Source: an uncultured Clostridia bacterium
GTDB taxonomy: Bacteria > Bacillota > Clostridia > Christensenellales > UBA1242
Length of the DNA: 64,000 bases
Assembly (NCBI GenBank): GCA_944377485.1
Contig: CALWFB010000005.1
Span: 12,236-76,235 of the forward strand
Direction of reading: 5' to 3'
The notes under the pieces were generated by a model. The model was not told the DNA's origin and did not search any database. It was given only the letters and a program-made list of their open reading frames with translations. Numbering within the stretch: the first letter of the stretch is position 1; each line of letters begins with the position of its first letter. Positions 21,301-31,053 of this stretch are shown here, piece by piece. The translations under genes and the position numbers were made by a program.

Positions 21301-21945
21301 ACATTTAATTCATCAATGATTCCTAGTGAAAATATTGAAGATGAAGATTTGGATAACGAGATGATAAATGATTATCCAGAAGACGAAGAATTATATAATG
21401 GTTTAAAGAATGGAGATGTTGTCACTTGTGGAGGAGTCATAACAGATTTTAATGTAAAAACAACCAAAACAGGTGCTAGAATGGCATTCGCCACAATTGA
21501 AGATTTGACAGGAAACTTCGAAGCAGTTATATTCAATAAAGCATATGATAAATTCAAAGACATATTAGCAAAAGATGCTTTGGTTGCAATCAAAGGAAAA
21601 TTCTCAATTCGTGATGGAAGACGACCTTCAATAATGGTGGATAATATAGAATTGTTATCAAATCAAAACGAAAATTCCAATGAAGAAAATACTGATATCT
21701 TAGACAAAGAAGTTGAAGTTGTCAAGCCAAAAAAACTATGGTTAAAATATAATATCAATGACGGAATAATTCACGATGCAGTAATGAAAATTTTATCAAG
21801 CTATAACGGCATAGATGAAGTTTATATTATTGATAAAGCGAGCAATAAAGCATACAAGACAAATACATTTGTCACAATACGTGAAAGTTTAATTTTCGAA
21901 TTAGAAACTATTATTGACAAATCCGATTTGTTAATCCAAGAATAA
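18313..21945 (+). CDS. dnaE: DNA polymerase III alpha subunit (DnaE type)
   Basis: PHP N-terminus (HLHVHTEYSLLDGA), the Pol IIIalpha core, an HhH and a C-terminal OB fold. ATGA overlap with whiA. Confidence 0.95.
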   Translation: MKPFVHLHVHTEYSLLDGAARIKKLVKLAKEYNMPAVAITDHGNMYGAIHFFNACKKEGIKPIFGTEFYVAEDLTVKTGKSKLSHLIILAKDEQGYKNLCLLNSIAFRDGYYYKPRIDYPTLKEHSEGLICLSACLAGDIPKLIIQEQYQKAEELILWFKSVFKDDFYLEMQHNGIAEQEIVNSKLREFSKKLNVKLVATNDVHYLFKEDAEMQDVLMCVAMQKFVDDPDRLKFPTDELYFKTYEQMLEGFPNDEEALNNTLEIAEKCNYSFDEYDKGIYHFPSYEPAGGYNEVDGKTPKEYLLNLVDKGIKKKYGEHTEQIRERLDREISVIEKQGFIEYFLIVWDYINAAKNMGISVGPGRGSGAGSLVAYSMGITNIDPLKYDLYFERFLNTERVSAPDFDIDFEDVRRDEVIDYVTKKYGKDRVIRIITFGTMKAKNAIKDVGRVLRVPYSVCDKITKNIPMYKSPILPKCFGFHVPKEGDKDFGTVYAVPELVEMYNSDPQIKKMVDIALKVEDFPRQSSIHPCGVIIGADVLDKFVPLSRNADIISTQYEGADMEKLGHLKMDFLGLTNLTDIKGAIKLIKKNYGIDIDFDKCTYDDPNVFKLISTGNTDGIFQIESAGFKKFLKELQPTCIEDIVAAVSLYRPGPMDSIPRYVHNKHHPEDTTYDHPILEPILKVTYGCIVYQEQVMRICQDMAGFSLGQADMIRRAMGKKKMEEMLKWKEAFLHGREAYTDNHGKYNPPIIGAINNGVSEEVANKIWGEMESFASYAFNKSHAAAYSFITYQTAYLKTYYKLEFITAILNNKFAKPDKLKYYIAYAKQEKISILPPDINLSNTYFDTDGKTIRYGLAALKNVGIGVVEEIIKERNENGPFKDLSDFIWRASSQALNKRCIESLIKAGAFDCFNRPRSHLMAVYSIMVDRAIERKKKSMNGQMDLFGDFIEDTSLIEENEYPNINEYVNQIKLQYEKEIAGTYLSGHPLDEFMNSIKNFTFNSSMIPSENIEDEDLDNEMINDYPEDEELYNGLKNGDVVTCGGVITDFNVKTTKTGARMAFATIEDLTGNFEAVIFNKAYDKFKDILAKDALVAIKGKFSIRDGRRPSIMVDNIELLSNQNENSNEENTDILDKEVEVVKPKKLWLKYNINDGIIHDAVMKILSSYNGIDEVYIIDKASNKAYKTNTFVTIRESLIFELETIIDKSDLLIQE

Positions 21946-21969
21946 AACTCCATATAATTGGAGTTTTTT
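21946..21969 (+). terminator. rho-independent terminator after dnaE
   Basis: aactcca-loop-tggagtt followed by tttt. Confidence 0.7.
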
Positions 21970-22132
21970 ATTTATTTCAATAAATTATTACATAAATTTT
22001 TATTAATTCCGCACTATTATTTAATTTTAATAAATCTAATAAAAACAATAATTTTAATAAAAAAATTTGAATTTTTCATAAAAACTATATTAAAACCGAA
22101 ATTTTATTATTTTTTTATTATTTTTTTATTTT

Positions 22133-22387
22133 TTAAAATTCTTCAATTTCATCTTTTTTCTTTTCTTTCTTTTTCTTGTATCCAAACAATTTTAATCTAC
22201 CCTTTGAAAAAATAGTCACAACTAATATATACATGCTTGCAACACCTATTAAAACATATATAATTCTACTAAAAACATTAGCTTGCGTTCCAAATATTCC
22301 AGCAATAAAATCATATTGTAATGCCCCTATCATCAACCAATTTAATCCGCCTAAACATGTTAGAATAAAAGCAAATAATCTGAACAT
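22133..22387 (-). CDS. DUF378-family small membrane protein
   Basis: LGGLNWLMIGALQYDFIAGIFG is the DUF378 signature. 84 aa with two TM helices. Confidence 0.75.
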   Translation of the reverse strand: MFRLFAFILTCLGGLNWLMIGALQYDFIAGIFGTQANVFSRIIYVLIGVASMYILVVTIFSKGRLKLFGYKKKKEKKKDEIEEF

Positions 22388-22505
22388 AATTTTCTCCTAT
22401 ATTATAAAATAGTGTGAAAATTTTATAAAAAATTATACATATCTATAAATTTATTGATAAAAAAATAAAAAATTCATTTTTTATGAATTTTTTATTTTAA
22501 ATTGT

Positions 22506-23678
22506 TTATTTTTCTTCTTCGTTATATTTATTAATAGTTTTATGTAATTTTTTAAACCCTAATGGAGTTTTCAATTTTACGACCATATATGGACACCCTA
22601 AAAAACATTTATTGCAAAAAATACATTTTGAATAATCTATGTCAGCATACAATTCACCATTTTTATCGTATCTCATCATTATAGCATTTGTAGGACAAAT
22701 CCTACTGCAAACGGAACACCCTTTACATCTATTTGGTTTAATTGTGGGTCTTTGTTGATTAAGTCTGAAATAATTTTTTTGTTGTCGAATGTTTTTATGA
22801 ATCTGCGTATTTAAATCATAATCGTAAAGTGCAAAATCGTCCAATCGGAAGGTGTCCAATTCATCTCCAACAATTTCAAATGGATTGTCAATATCAATGA
22901 ATTCTCTATCACTAGCTTGTTTAATTATTGTATTATTATAATTCAATCCTAAAATATTGATTATACTTGCATCAAGGCTAAATATGTTTTCACTCATGGC
23001 AAGACAAGATAGCATACGCTGAGTCTCTCCTGCCTCTATTGCCACAACTCCATCTAAGATGTTGAAAATTAATTTATCTTTTAAAGCATCGATTATATCA
23101 ATCAGATATTCATTAAAATCACCGATTGTGTTCATTCTATTTAAGATAAGCGATTTCATCTCGCCAGGAACCAATCCAAACATATTAGCGCTAGCTCCAA
23201 GATATCCTAGTTTTTCATCAATTTTAATTTTCCCCAAATTGATAATCACATCTACATCATTAATTATATCTAAAAGTGTAATACTTTTCGCTTTTACCCC
23301 ATTAGGAGTATTAATATTAACAATTTTTAAATTATGATTCAATTCGCAATTTGATGAATTCGCCACTTCTAACATTCCAGTATCAAAATATACACTATCA
23401 AGATGTGAAACAGTATATTTATTATATGGGCTATCTGCGATTATACAATTAACTCCTAAATCTGATAAAACATCAACCACACCTTGAACTATTGCCGGAT
23501 GCGATGTCTCTGCACTATCTGGCTGCATACTCCCAGGCAAACAAACCTTTAACAAAACTTTCATGTTAGGTTTGATTATTGAATCTAAATTAATATTTGA
23601 AAAAGCCTGTTCAACTGCTGATTTTATTTTTGAATTATCATAACTATCTATATATGTTAACGATACTAAATTTTTCAT
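22506..23678 (-). CDS. DUF362-domain protein with C-terminal 2x[4Fe-4S] ferredoxin domain
   Basis: N-terminal DUF362-like region (IKPNMKVLLKVCL...SHPAIVQGVVDVL...IIADSP). C-terminal CKGCSVCSRICP and CIFCNKCFLGCP clusters. Confidence 0.75.
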   Translation of the reverse strand: MKNLVSLTYIDSYDNSKIKSAVEQAFSNINLDSIIKPNMKVLLKVCLPGSMQPDSAETSHPAIVQGVVDVLSDLGVNCIIADSPYNKYTVSHLDSVYFDTGMLEVANSSNCELNHNLKIVNINTPNGVKAKSITLLDIINDVDVIINLGKIKIDEKLGYLGASANMFGLVPGEMKSLILNRMNTIGDFNEYLIDIIDALKDKLIFNILDGVVAIEAGETQRMLSCLAMSENIFSLDASIINILGLNYNNTIIKQASDREFIDIDNPFEIVGDELDTFRLDDFALYDYDLNTQIHKNIRQQKNYFRLNQQRPTIKPNRCKGCSVCSRICPTNAIMMRYDKNGELYADIDYSKCIFCNKCFLGCPYMVVKLKTPLGFKKLHKTINKYNEEEK

Positions 23679-23764
23679 ATTTTAATCGTACTAAAATTTA
23701 ATATAAAAGTCAAATAATTTATAAATTGTTTGATTTTTTTACCCAATTGTAATACAATAAAACT

Positions 23765-24025
23765 ATGATAAAAATTTGGGGAAAAATTTTAAGTGATGAC
23801 AAAATAATAAAAAGTTCGACCATACTAGTAGACGAAAAAACTACAACTTTTTTTGATATGCTTAAAAATTTGTGTCAATCTATGAATATCCCTACTCCTG
23901 TACTTTTAGATAAACATGTATACGATTTTAATTTATTCAATGTGTGTACTTTTAAACCTGATGATTTTGTAGAATCTGTAATTTTTGATAAATTTGTGCT
24001 TGAACATATCAATAATTCGAATTAG
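23765..24025 (+). CDS. hypothetical small protein
   Basis: 86-aa ORF upstream of pfkA; no family recognised with confidence. Confidence 0.45.
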   Translation: MIKIWGKILSDDKIIKSSTILVDEKTTTFFDMLKNLCQSMNIPTPVLLDKHVYDFNLFNVCTFKPDDFVESVIFDKFVLEHINNSN

Positions 24026-24069
24026 TTTATAAAAAATAATTTAAAATTTTAATATTAATAGGGGTAAAT

Positions 24070-24978
24070 ATGAAAATAAAAAATGTTGCAATTTTAACTA
24101 GTGGTGGCGATGCTCCCGGCATGAATTCCGCCATCTTTGGAGCTTTCACTGAATGTCAAAAAAATAATATCAAACTATTTGGAGTTCAAAATGGTTATGA
24201 TGGTTTAATTGATAATCTTTTCATTGAAATCAATTATCAATTGCTCGCTGGACGCATAAATCGTGGCGGAACTATATTAAAAAGTGGAAGAAGTAAAAGA
24301 TTTTTAAAATCGAATTATTTTAAAACCGCTCTTTCAAATTTGAAGAATAACAAGATTGATGCTCTTATTATTGTAGGTGGAGATGGAAGCCTAAAAGGTG
24401 CTATAAAACTTAGAGATAATGGTGTCAATGTAGTATGTCTTCCAGGTACCATTGACAATGATTTGAATTTTACTTATACAATTGGTTTTGACACTGCCAC
24501 AAATAATATCGTCAATGCTATTGACAACATTACTGACTCTCTCTATGCATTCAATTATGGTGCAGTTATAAAAATAATGGGCAATCAGTGTGCCGATTTA
24601 GTTAATGCAGTGGCAGATGCTATACATTCAGATTTGATAATAAAAAATCCTGACTATGATTTGAATTCACTAGTTAAATCAATCAAATCAATAAATGACG
24701 GTAATCACCTACCTCCTATCGTATTGGTGCTAGAAAATTCAGCAAATATAGAAGATTTGAGCAAAATTTTACAAGAAAAATGCAAAATTCAGATTCGTCC
24801 ACATATATTAGGATATATACAACGTGGTGGCACTCCTTCTGCTTTTGATAGACGATATGGTTTCACCGCTGGTTCAACTGCTGTTAAAGCAATTTTAAAT
24901 AAACAATATGGTTTTGCAATAGGATTAGATGGTAATCAACTTGTATCTAAGGAGATTGAAAACTGTTTCAAATTTTAA
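24070..24978 (+). CDS. pfkA: ATP-dependent 6-phosphofructokinase
   Basis: TSGGDAPGMN, VGGDGS and PGTIDND motifs. SD aggggt lies upstream. Confidence 0.92.
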   Translation: MKIKNVAILTSGGDAPGMNSAIFGAFTECQKNNIKLFGVQNGYDGLIDNLFIEINYQLLAGRINRGGTILKSGRSKRFLKSNYFKTALSNLKNNKIDALIIVGGDGSLKGAIKLRDNGVNVVCLPGTIDNDLNFTYTIGFDTATNNIVNAIDNITDSLYAFNYGAVIKIMGNQCADLVNAVADAIHSDLIIKNPDYDLNSLVKSIKSINDGNHLPPIVLVLENSANIEDLSKILQEKCKIQIRPHILGYIQRGGTPSAFDRRYGFTAGSTAVKAILNKQYGFAIGLDGNQLVSKEIENCFKF

Positions 24979-25079
24979 CAAAATCTCTTGACACAGAATA
25001 AAATAAAATGATATAATCCAAAATATTAGTTGCGATAGGTTATCTATTGCGACTTTATTTAATGTAATGGAGAGGCTAT

Positions 25080-25547
25080 ATGGATAAAAATTTTATGACA
25101 AAAGAAGGATATGAACGCACCAAGGAAAGGCTCGATTATTTAAAAACTGTTAGACGACAAGAAGTCGCTGAAAAATTAGCAGAAGCTAGAAGTTATGGAG
25201 ATTTAAGTGAAAACAGCGAATATGACATTGCTCGTGACGAACAAGCAAGCGTTGAAGCTGAAATTTTTGATTTAGAGAACAAATTGAAATCAGTAGAAAT
25301 TATTGACAATAAAAAAGTAAACACCAATAAAGTTAGCATTGGTTGTAAAGTTTCAATTCAAAATGTTAAGACAAATCAAACTTTTGAATACAAAATTGTT
25401 GGAGATACAGATTCTGACCCTATGAATGGTCTAATTAGTAATGCTTCCCCTATTGGTGCTGGTTTGATTGATAAAAAAGTAGGAGAAATTGCTAAAATTA
25501 AAACTCCTATGGGAATAGTGGAATATAAAATAATTAGTATAAAATAG
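25080..25547 (+). CDS. greA: transcription elongation factor GreA
   Basis: N-terminal coiled coil (MTKEGYERTKERLDYLK...EAR..GDLSENSEYD) and a C-terminal FKBP-like domain. Confidence 0.92.
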   Translation: MDKNFMTKEGYERTKERLDYLKTVRRQEVAEKLAEARSYGDLSENSEYDIARDEQASVEAEIFDLENKLKSVEIIDNKKVNTNKVSIGCKVSIQNVKTNQTFEYKIVGDTDSDPMNGLISNASPIGAGLIDKKVGEIAKIKTPMGIVEYKIISIK

Positions 25548-25643
25548 AATTAAATTAAAAAAAATTATAATAAAAGTTAAATTAAAAAATTTTTAAGATT
25601 AAAAAAAGTGCATATGCACTTTTTTGTTTTAATTATCTGAGAT

Positions 25644-26114
25644 TTAATTTTGAGTATTAGGCTCTTCTGGCTTATCTAATTCCACAAATACTTCGTCCAT
25701 ATTTTTTTCCACTTTTATACATAATGCCGCAATCATTAGACCAGTAGTTAATAAATTTCCTGTGAATAATGATAAAATTAATAAAGTTATAATAAATCCA
25801 GTATTTGGTCTTGTGTTGCTATTTCTGCTATTTAATAATATTGCGAACACTAATTGTAATACTCCTATAACCATAGCATATATACCACCAAACACAAATA
25901 CTCCCTTCGTAATAGAAATAAGTGTATTTATCTCAGTTTCTGTCATTTGTACAATTGAACCATCTTCTGTTAAAATCTCTACGATTAAATCATATGTGAC
26001 AAAACTAGAACAAAACAATAAAAATATTCCAGCCATTACAATAATTACTGCATATATAATACTGATTATACTACCAATGCTTATAATCAATTTACATGTG
26101 CTTGTTTTTGTCAT
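25644..26114 (-). CDS. hypothetical 4-TM membrane protein
   Basis: 156 aa with four hydrophobic helices and an acidic C-terminal tail. Confidence 0.55.
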   Translation of the reverse strand: MTKTSTCKLIISIGSIISIIYAVIIVMAGIFLLFCSSFVTYDLIVEILTEDGSIVQMTETEINTLISITKGVFVFGGIYAMVIGVLQLVFAILLNSRNSNTRPNTGFIITLLILSLFTGNLLTTGLMIAALCIKVEKNMDEVFVELDKPEEPNTQN

Positions 26115-26224
26115 TATTTACTCCTTAAATTTCATATATATTAGATTATATCTTAGAAATGTATAATATGTCAAATATTTTAAAATATTTGTAAATTAGA
26201 TAGTTTTATGTTATAATTAAATAT

Positions 26225-27151
26225 ATGTTTGAAAAGATTGGCAATTCAACGATTTATAAGAATTTAAATCTTAGTAAAAATTTAATGCATTCGTATTTGT
26301 TCTACTCTTCTGATAGAGAATTAAACAACATAATTGCATTATTTTTTGCGAAAACTTTGTTGTGTGATAAACATATATCTTGTGGAGAATGTCCGGCTTG
26401 TAGACAGTTTGATGCACACACTCACCCTGATTTAACAATTATAAATCAAGACACAGTTAAAGTTGAAGATATTTCTAAAATCATAAATAAACTCAATACC
26501 AAACCAATTTCCGCAGAAAAAAAAGTTTTTGTAATACTTAATGCAGAAACAATTAATGAAATATCTCAAAATAAACTTTTGAAATCCTTGGAAGAACCTA
26601 ACCCTAGTAATATTTTCATAATGACCACCACCAAAACCGACAAAATTTTAAACACAGTAATGAGTAGATTAAATAAAATTTATTTACCCTATCCAGATAA
26701 TAATGACAAAAAAATCTTTGCCAACGAATTAAATAAAACAGGGATAGATATTTCAAAATATCTTGATACGAATTTTAGTTTGACAGAAATGATAAATCTA
26801 AGTAGCAATACAAATTATCAAGCCATTATTGATAATATATATATGATTTTTGAAAAACTAAATACAACCGCCGATATACCCAATATCGTTAATTCAATCA
26901 ATCTTAGCGACAAATCCACATTCTTTATGCATTTTCAAGATATCATATTGTCTGCAATTAAAGATGATTATAAAAAATATGCTCGAAATTTAATAGATAT
27001 AATCAATGCAAAATTTCCAAAGAAGGCATTACTAAAATCATTGCCATTAATTGAAGATGCTTACAAGAAACAAAGTTCAAATGTAAATTTTTTCTACATT
27101 TTAGATAATTTATTGTTCAATATGTTAAAGGAGAAATTTTTATGCAAGTAA
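26225..27151 (+). CDS. holB: DNA polymerase III delta-prime subunit
   Basis: AAA+ clamp-loader fold with a zinc module (CGECPACRQF), an SRLN sensor motif, and synteny with ricT. Confidence 0.85.
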   Translation: MFEKIGNSTIYKNLNLSKNLMHSYLFYSSDRELNNIIALFFAKTLLCDKHISCGECPACRQFDAHTHPDLTIINQDTVKVEDISKIINKLNTKPISAEKKVFVILNAETINEISQNKLLKSLEEPNPSNIFIMTTTKTDKILNTVMSRLNKIYLPYPDNNDKKIFANELNKTGIDISKYLDTNFSLTEMINLSSNTNYQAIIDNIYMIFEKLNTTADIPNIVNSINLSDKSTFFMHFQDIILSAIKDDYKKYARNLIDIINAKFPKKALLKSLPLIEDAYKKQSSNVNFFYILDNLLFNMLKEKFLCK

Positions 27152-27951
27152 TTGAAGTTTTATTATTTGATAGTCCAACTTCTGTATATTTAAAAAATCA
27201 TGACGAATTAAAGATTAATGAACAAGTAATTGTGTCTTTTAACGGAAGTCTTGAATTAGGTCTTGTAAAAGGAAGTAAAAATATAGAGGAAGAAAAGGAT
27301 ATTGCTGAATTTGTTCGAACTGCAAATAAAGAAGATAATATCAAGCGATGTGAAAACTGCAAATATGCTCGAACTTTGCTTCCTGAAATCAAAGAAGAAG
27401 CAAACAAACTTGGTTTGAACATGAAAATTGGCTTTATTTCTACCAATTTGGATAGGACAAAAATTGTAGTAAATTACACCTCAGATGAACGTGTTGATTT
27501 CAGAGAATTAATAAAAATACTCGGCAGTAAATACAAGACACGAATTGAAATGAAGCAGATAGGCAATCGAGATGAAAGCAAAGTAATAGGTGCTATTGGA
27601 ATATGCGGACGTGAAACTTGTTGTAAATCATTTTTATCCGACTTTGATAAAGTATCAATAAAAATGGCAAAAAATCAAAACATTGCACTAAATCCAACAA
27701 GAATCAATGGAATGTGCGGTAGACTCTTGTGCTGTCTAAAATATGAAGATGAATTTTATGAAGAGATGCAAAAGAAGATGCCAAAGCTCTCATCAATGGT
27801 CAACACACCTGATGGCATAGGAAAAGTGACTCAAACTGACTTTTTAAAAGAACTTGTGACGGTTGAATTTACCAAAAATTCAGATGAAGAAACCACTACT
27901 GAAATCAAAACATATAATTTGACAGATATTTCAAAAAGGGATAATAAATAG
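27142..27951 (+). CDS. ricT: PSP1-domain protein RicT (YaaT)
   Basis: PSP1 C-terminal domain with CGRETCC and CGRLLCCLKYE cysteine motifs. Overlaps holB by 10 nt, as in Bacillus. Confidence 0.88.
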   Translation: MQVIEVLLFDSPTSVYLKNHDELKINEQVIVSFNGSLELGLVKGSKNIEEEKDIAEFVRTANKEDNIKRCENCKYARTLLPEIKEEANKLGLNMKIGFISTNLDRTKIVVNYTSDERVDFRELIKILGSKYKTRIEMKQIGNRDESKVIGAIGICGRETCCKSFLSDFDKVSIKMAKNQNIALNPTRINGMCGRLLCCLKYEDEFYEEMQKKMPKLSSMVNTPDGIGKVTQTDFLKELVTVEFTKNSDEETTTEIKTYNLTDISKRDNK

Positions 27952-27963
27952 GACTAATGAAAA

Positions 27964-28638
27964 ATGAAAAAAATAGATAATTTTAAACTTGAACATTTTG
28001 ATAATGGAATCTCTGTATATCAAAGTGATAATTTTTATAAGTTTACACAAGATGCTATTCTGCTTGCCAAATTTTGCAATATAAAACATAGTGATAACGT
28101 ATTAGAGTTATGTGCTGGAAGCGGTGTAATCAGTTTTTATGCTTACTCGCTCTGCCCTTTCAATCACTTGTATTTCAATGAAATTCAAACAGAAATGTGC
28201 GAAATAATTGAAGAAAATATTAAATTCAATGGTTTCAAGCGTAAAAGCAAAATTTTTAATTGCAATTTGAAAGATTTAAAATTATCTGATTTCCCAAAAA
28301 GTTTAGATGTGATTATCTGCAATCCCCCTTATCAAAAGGTAAATGAAAAAAGTCTAATAAATGAAAGACCAGAAATTGCCTTAGCTCGCCATGAGATTGA
28401 AGCAAATTTAGACGACATCATAAAAAAATCAAGCGAATTATTAAAAGATAAAGGTCGACTCTATATGGTTCATATTGCCCCACGTGTGACAGAAATTGTG
28501 ACAAATTGTGCCAAATATAATATGCAAGTGAAACGTATGAAATTTATTTTCAATGGTGACAAAGAAGCATACCTCGTTTTAATAGAAGCGGTCAAGGGAG
28601 CAAACCCTGGCGTACGCATTACAAAGAATAAAGAATAA
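27964..28638 (+). CDS. SAM-dependent N6-adenine methyltransferase (TrmN6/YabB-like)
   Basis: SAM motif LELCAGSGVIS and catalytic NPPY. It occupies the holB-yaaT-yabB-rsmI synteny position. Confidence 0.8.
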   Translation: MKKIDNFKLEHFDNGISVYQSDNFYKFTQDAILLAKFCNIKHSDNVLELCAGSGVISFYAYSLCPFNHLYFNEIQTEMCEIIEENIKFNGFKRKSKIFNCNLKDLKLSDFPKSLDVIICNPPYQKVNEKSLINERPEIALARHEIEANLDDIIKKSSELLKDKGRLYMVHIAPRVTEIVTNCAKYNMQVKRMKFIFNGDKEAYLVLIEAVKGANPGVRITKNKE

Positions 28639-28739
28639 AACATGGCTAGCCATGTTTTTTGATATTTTATTTGATATATTTAACTATACTTTACAATAAT
28701 TTTATAATTTGATAAACTGAATTAATATAAAAGGATAAT

Positions 28740-29546
28740 ATGTTATACATTGTTTCAACACCAATTGGTAATCTAGAAGATATTAGCATGCGTGCTATAA
28801 ATGTTTTGCGTGAATGCGATATAATCGCTTGTGAAGACACTCGTCATAGTAAAATATTGCTTGACCATTATGATATCCACACCAAAACTATTGCTTATCA
28901 CAAATTCAATGAGCAAAACAGTTCTGATGGAATAATTTCTTTATTAAAACAAGGTAAAAATATTGCTCTAATATCTGATGCTGGCATGCCAGTTATCTCT
29001 GACCCAGGAAATATTCTTACAAAAAAATTAATTGAAGAAAATTTACCTTTCACCGTTGTCCCTGGTGCAAATGCCGGACTTTGTGCATTGATATTATCAG
29101 GCTTTGATGCCAGCACATTTGCTTTTTTTGGCTTCCTAAGTGAAAAAAATAAAGATTTAAAATCTCAACTCAAAAATATTAAAGATTTCAAAGGAACAAG
29201 AATTGTTTACTCATCAAAATATAATATAAATAAAGATTTAGCAAACTTATATTCAAGTTTAGGAAATGTCAAAGTTGCAATTGTTAGTGAAATTACAAAA
29301 ATTCATGAGAACGTAGATATTCAAACTTTACCTTATGCCCTATCCGAGCCAAAGGGTGAATATGTAATTGTTGTAGAATATGTTGCCGAAGAAATAACTA
29401 AACCAAACGACATTGACCTGCTAAATGAATTGAATTCATTAATTTCTTCAAAAGGTAAACAAGAAGCTATGAAAATATTAAAAGAAAAATATAACATTTC
29501 AAAATCATATATTTACAATTTATATGAAAAATCTAAAAAAATATAA
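28740..29546 (+). CDS. rsmI: 16S rRNA (cytidine1402-2'-O)-methyltransferase
   Basis: LYIVSTPIGNLEDIS N-terminus and a tetrapyrrole-methylase-type fold (SDAGMPVISDPG). Confidence 0.9.
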   Translation: MLYIVSTPIGNLEDISMRAINVLRECDIIACEDTRHSKILLDHYDIHTKTIAYHKFNEQNSSDGIISLLKQGKNIALISDAGMPVISDPGNILTKKLIEENLPFTVVPGANAGLCALILSGFDASTFAFFGFLSEKNKDLKSQLKNIKDFKGTRIVYSSKYNINKDLANLYSSLGNVKVAIVSEITKIHENVDIQTLPYALSEPKGEYVIVVEYVAEEITKPNDIDLLNELNSLISSKGKQEAMKILKEKYNISKSYIYNLYEKSKKI

Positions 29547-29616
29547 TTATTTTAGGTATTTCAATTAAATTAAATATAACTACAAATTTTATTTAATTGA
29601 CCATAGGGGTACAAAT

Positions 29617-30591
29617 ATGGAAAAACTAAAAGTTCATGAAAATACAGAAAACGAATGGGAAATAGCATATGAGTTATTTGGAAATAGAGAATCAAAAAAT
29701 CTTATATTCATGATTCATGGCGGAGGAATGGAATCTCACGAAAAAGCACCATACCTCACCGAAATAACATATGAAGTGACCGGCAAACGTGCCAAAACCT
29801 TTGAAGATATGGTTCAAGGAAACTACGAAAGATTGACGGAGTCTATTCTAAAAGACAATCCAGACATATTAATTTGTAGAATTGATTTGCGCAACCATGG
29901 TGAAAGTTTGGTTGATGGTAAAATGGATACAAGGAACACCTCATTTCCTCTTCTTGCTGATGACACTGCCGAAGTGCTAAGATATATCAAAACAAAATAT
30001 AATATTGAGCAAACACAAATTGTGGGAACGTGTATGGGCTGTTTAGTGACAGAATACATGTTGACCAATCCTAAAAATAAAGATTTATCTGAAAATGTTT
30101 CTGCGGTTGTATTTAATAGCCCACTTTCTACTCAATTTCTAGCCTTTCCTACTCCTAATGAAAAATTCAATTTCAGCAAATATCAACTACTTATGAATTC
30201 GCCAGAGGGAACGCAATTTACAAAAATGAAAGGAGTATTTGATTCAAAAGCCACATTAGAAGAATTGAAAGAACACCCTAACCTACATGTTGAATATGCT
30301 AGCCTTAATATTCCTACTCAAATATTTCTTGGATATGGTGATAGATTATTGCCATACCAAAGAGCAAAAAAATTGGCGATGGAAATGAAAAAAGTAAATC
30401 CTAATTGTGAAATCATCAAAGTAAGTCGCTCACCAGAAAAGGTCATTAGAAAAAATAATATTATCAGAAAAATTATTTCACAAGACGCCAATCATTGCCT
30501 ATATGACCCAAAATCTTCGTATGAATTTGTTTCAAAATCAACAAAATTTTTAGAAGACAATTTGATTGCATCAACCGAATTAAGCTTATAA
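29617..30591 (+). CDS. alpha/beta-hydrolase-fold protein
   Basis: HGGG oxyanion-type motif and a nucleophile-elbow position reading G-T-C-M-G (Cys instead of Ser). Confidence 0.65.
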   Translation: MEKLKVHENTENEWEIAYELFGNRESKNLIFMIHGGGMESHEKAPYLTEITYEVTGKRAKTFEDMVQGNYERLTESILKDNPDILICRIDLRNHGESLVDGKMDTRNTSFPLLADDTAEVLRYIKTKYNIEQTQIVGTCMGCLVTEYMLTNPKNKDLSENVSAVVFNSPLSTQFLAFPTPNEKFNFSKYQLLMNSPEGTQFTKMKGVFDSKATLEELKEHPNLHVEYASLNIPTQIFLGYGDRLLPYQRAKKLAMEMKKVNPNCEIIKVSRSPEKVIRKNNIIRKIISQDANHCLYDPKSSYEFVSKSTKFLEDNLIASTELSL

Positions 30592-30600
30592 AATTAAATA

Positions 30601-30628
30601 AAAAAACTTCCTTAAATGGAAGTTTTTT
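30601..30628. terminator. bidirectional rho-independent terminator
   Basis: aacttcc-loop-ggaagtt flanked by an A-run and a T-run, between convergent genes. Confidence 0.7.
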
Positions 30629-30977
30629 ACATATCTAGGATTGTATTGATTGCAACTGTATTTGCAGATTTATAATCATCAATATCAGAAATTAGCGCAT
30701 ATACCTTATTTTCATTAATTCTATTCAAAAGACTCTTCATTAATGTTAAATAATCCATATATTCTTCACTATACTCTAATTTAGGACTGTTAGACTTTAA
30801 AATCATCTTTCTAAAAGCGCTTTTTCTTAACAATCTAAAATTAGCTTTTTGAATATAATTAATTTCTTTTTCAATTATAGATATAGTTTTATTGGTATCT
30901 TCTTGCACATTATAAATATTGCTAGCCAATTTCAATTTTCTCATAGATAATTTTCTTAACAAACTTGCTTTCGTCAT
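30627..30977 (-). CDS. hypothetical helical protein
   Basis: 116-aa ORF with no recognisable motif. Confidence 0.45.
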   Translation of the reverse strand: MTKASLLRKLSMRKLKLASNIYNVQEDTNKTISIIEKEINYIQKANFRLLRKSAFRKMILKSNSPKLEYSEEYMDYLTLMKSLLNRINENKVYALISDIDDYKSANTVAINTILDM

Positions 30978-31053
30978 AATTAAACCACCTTTATTATGTG
31001 TAGTATATTAGCACATCAATACAAATTTGTCAATATTGAAATTTTAATAAATA

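Noticed and set aside
21958-22412. ORFs 21958-22215 and 22176-22412 on the plus strand.
   Set aside because: The first is a translation of an extremely AT-rich intergenic tract (Phe/Ile/Lys/Leu only). The second is antisense to the well-supported DUF378 gene.
25047-25056. The 10-mer ctattgcgac in the greA leader hairpin is the reverse complement of gtcgcaatag in the terminator at about 32652.
   Set aside because: A single shared 10-mer in 64 kb of AT-biased sequence on two strands is within chance expectation. No flanking similarity was seen.
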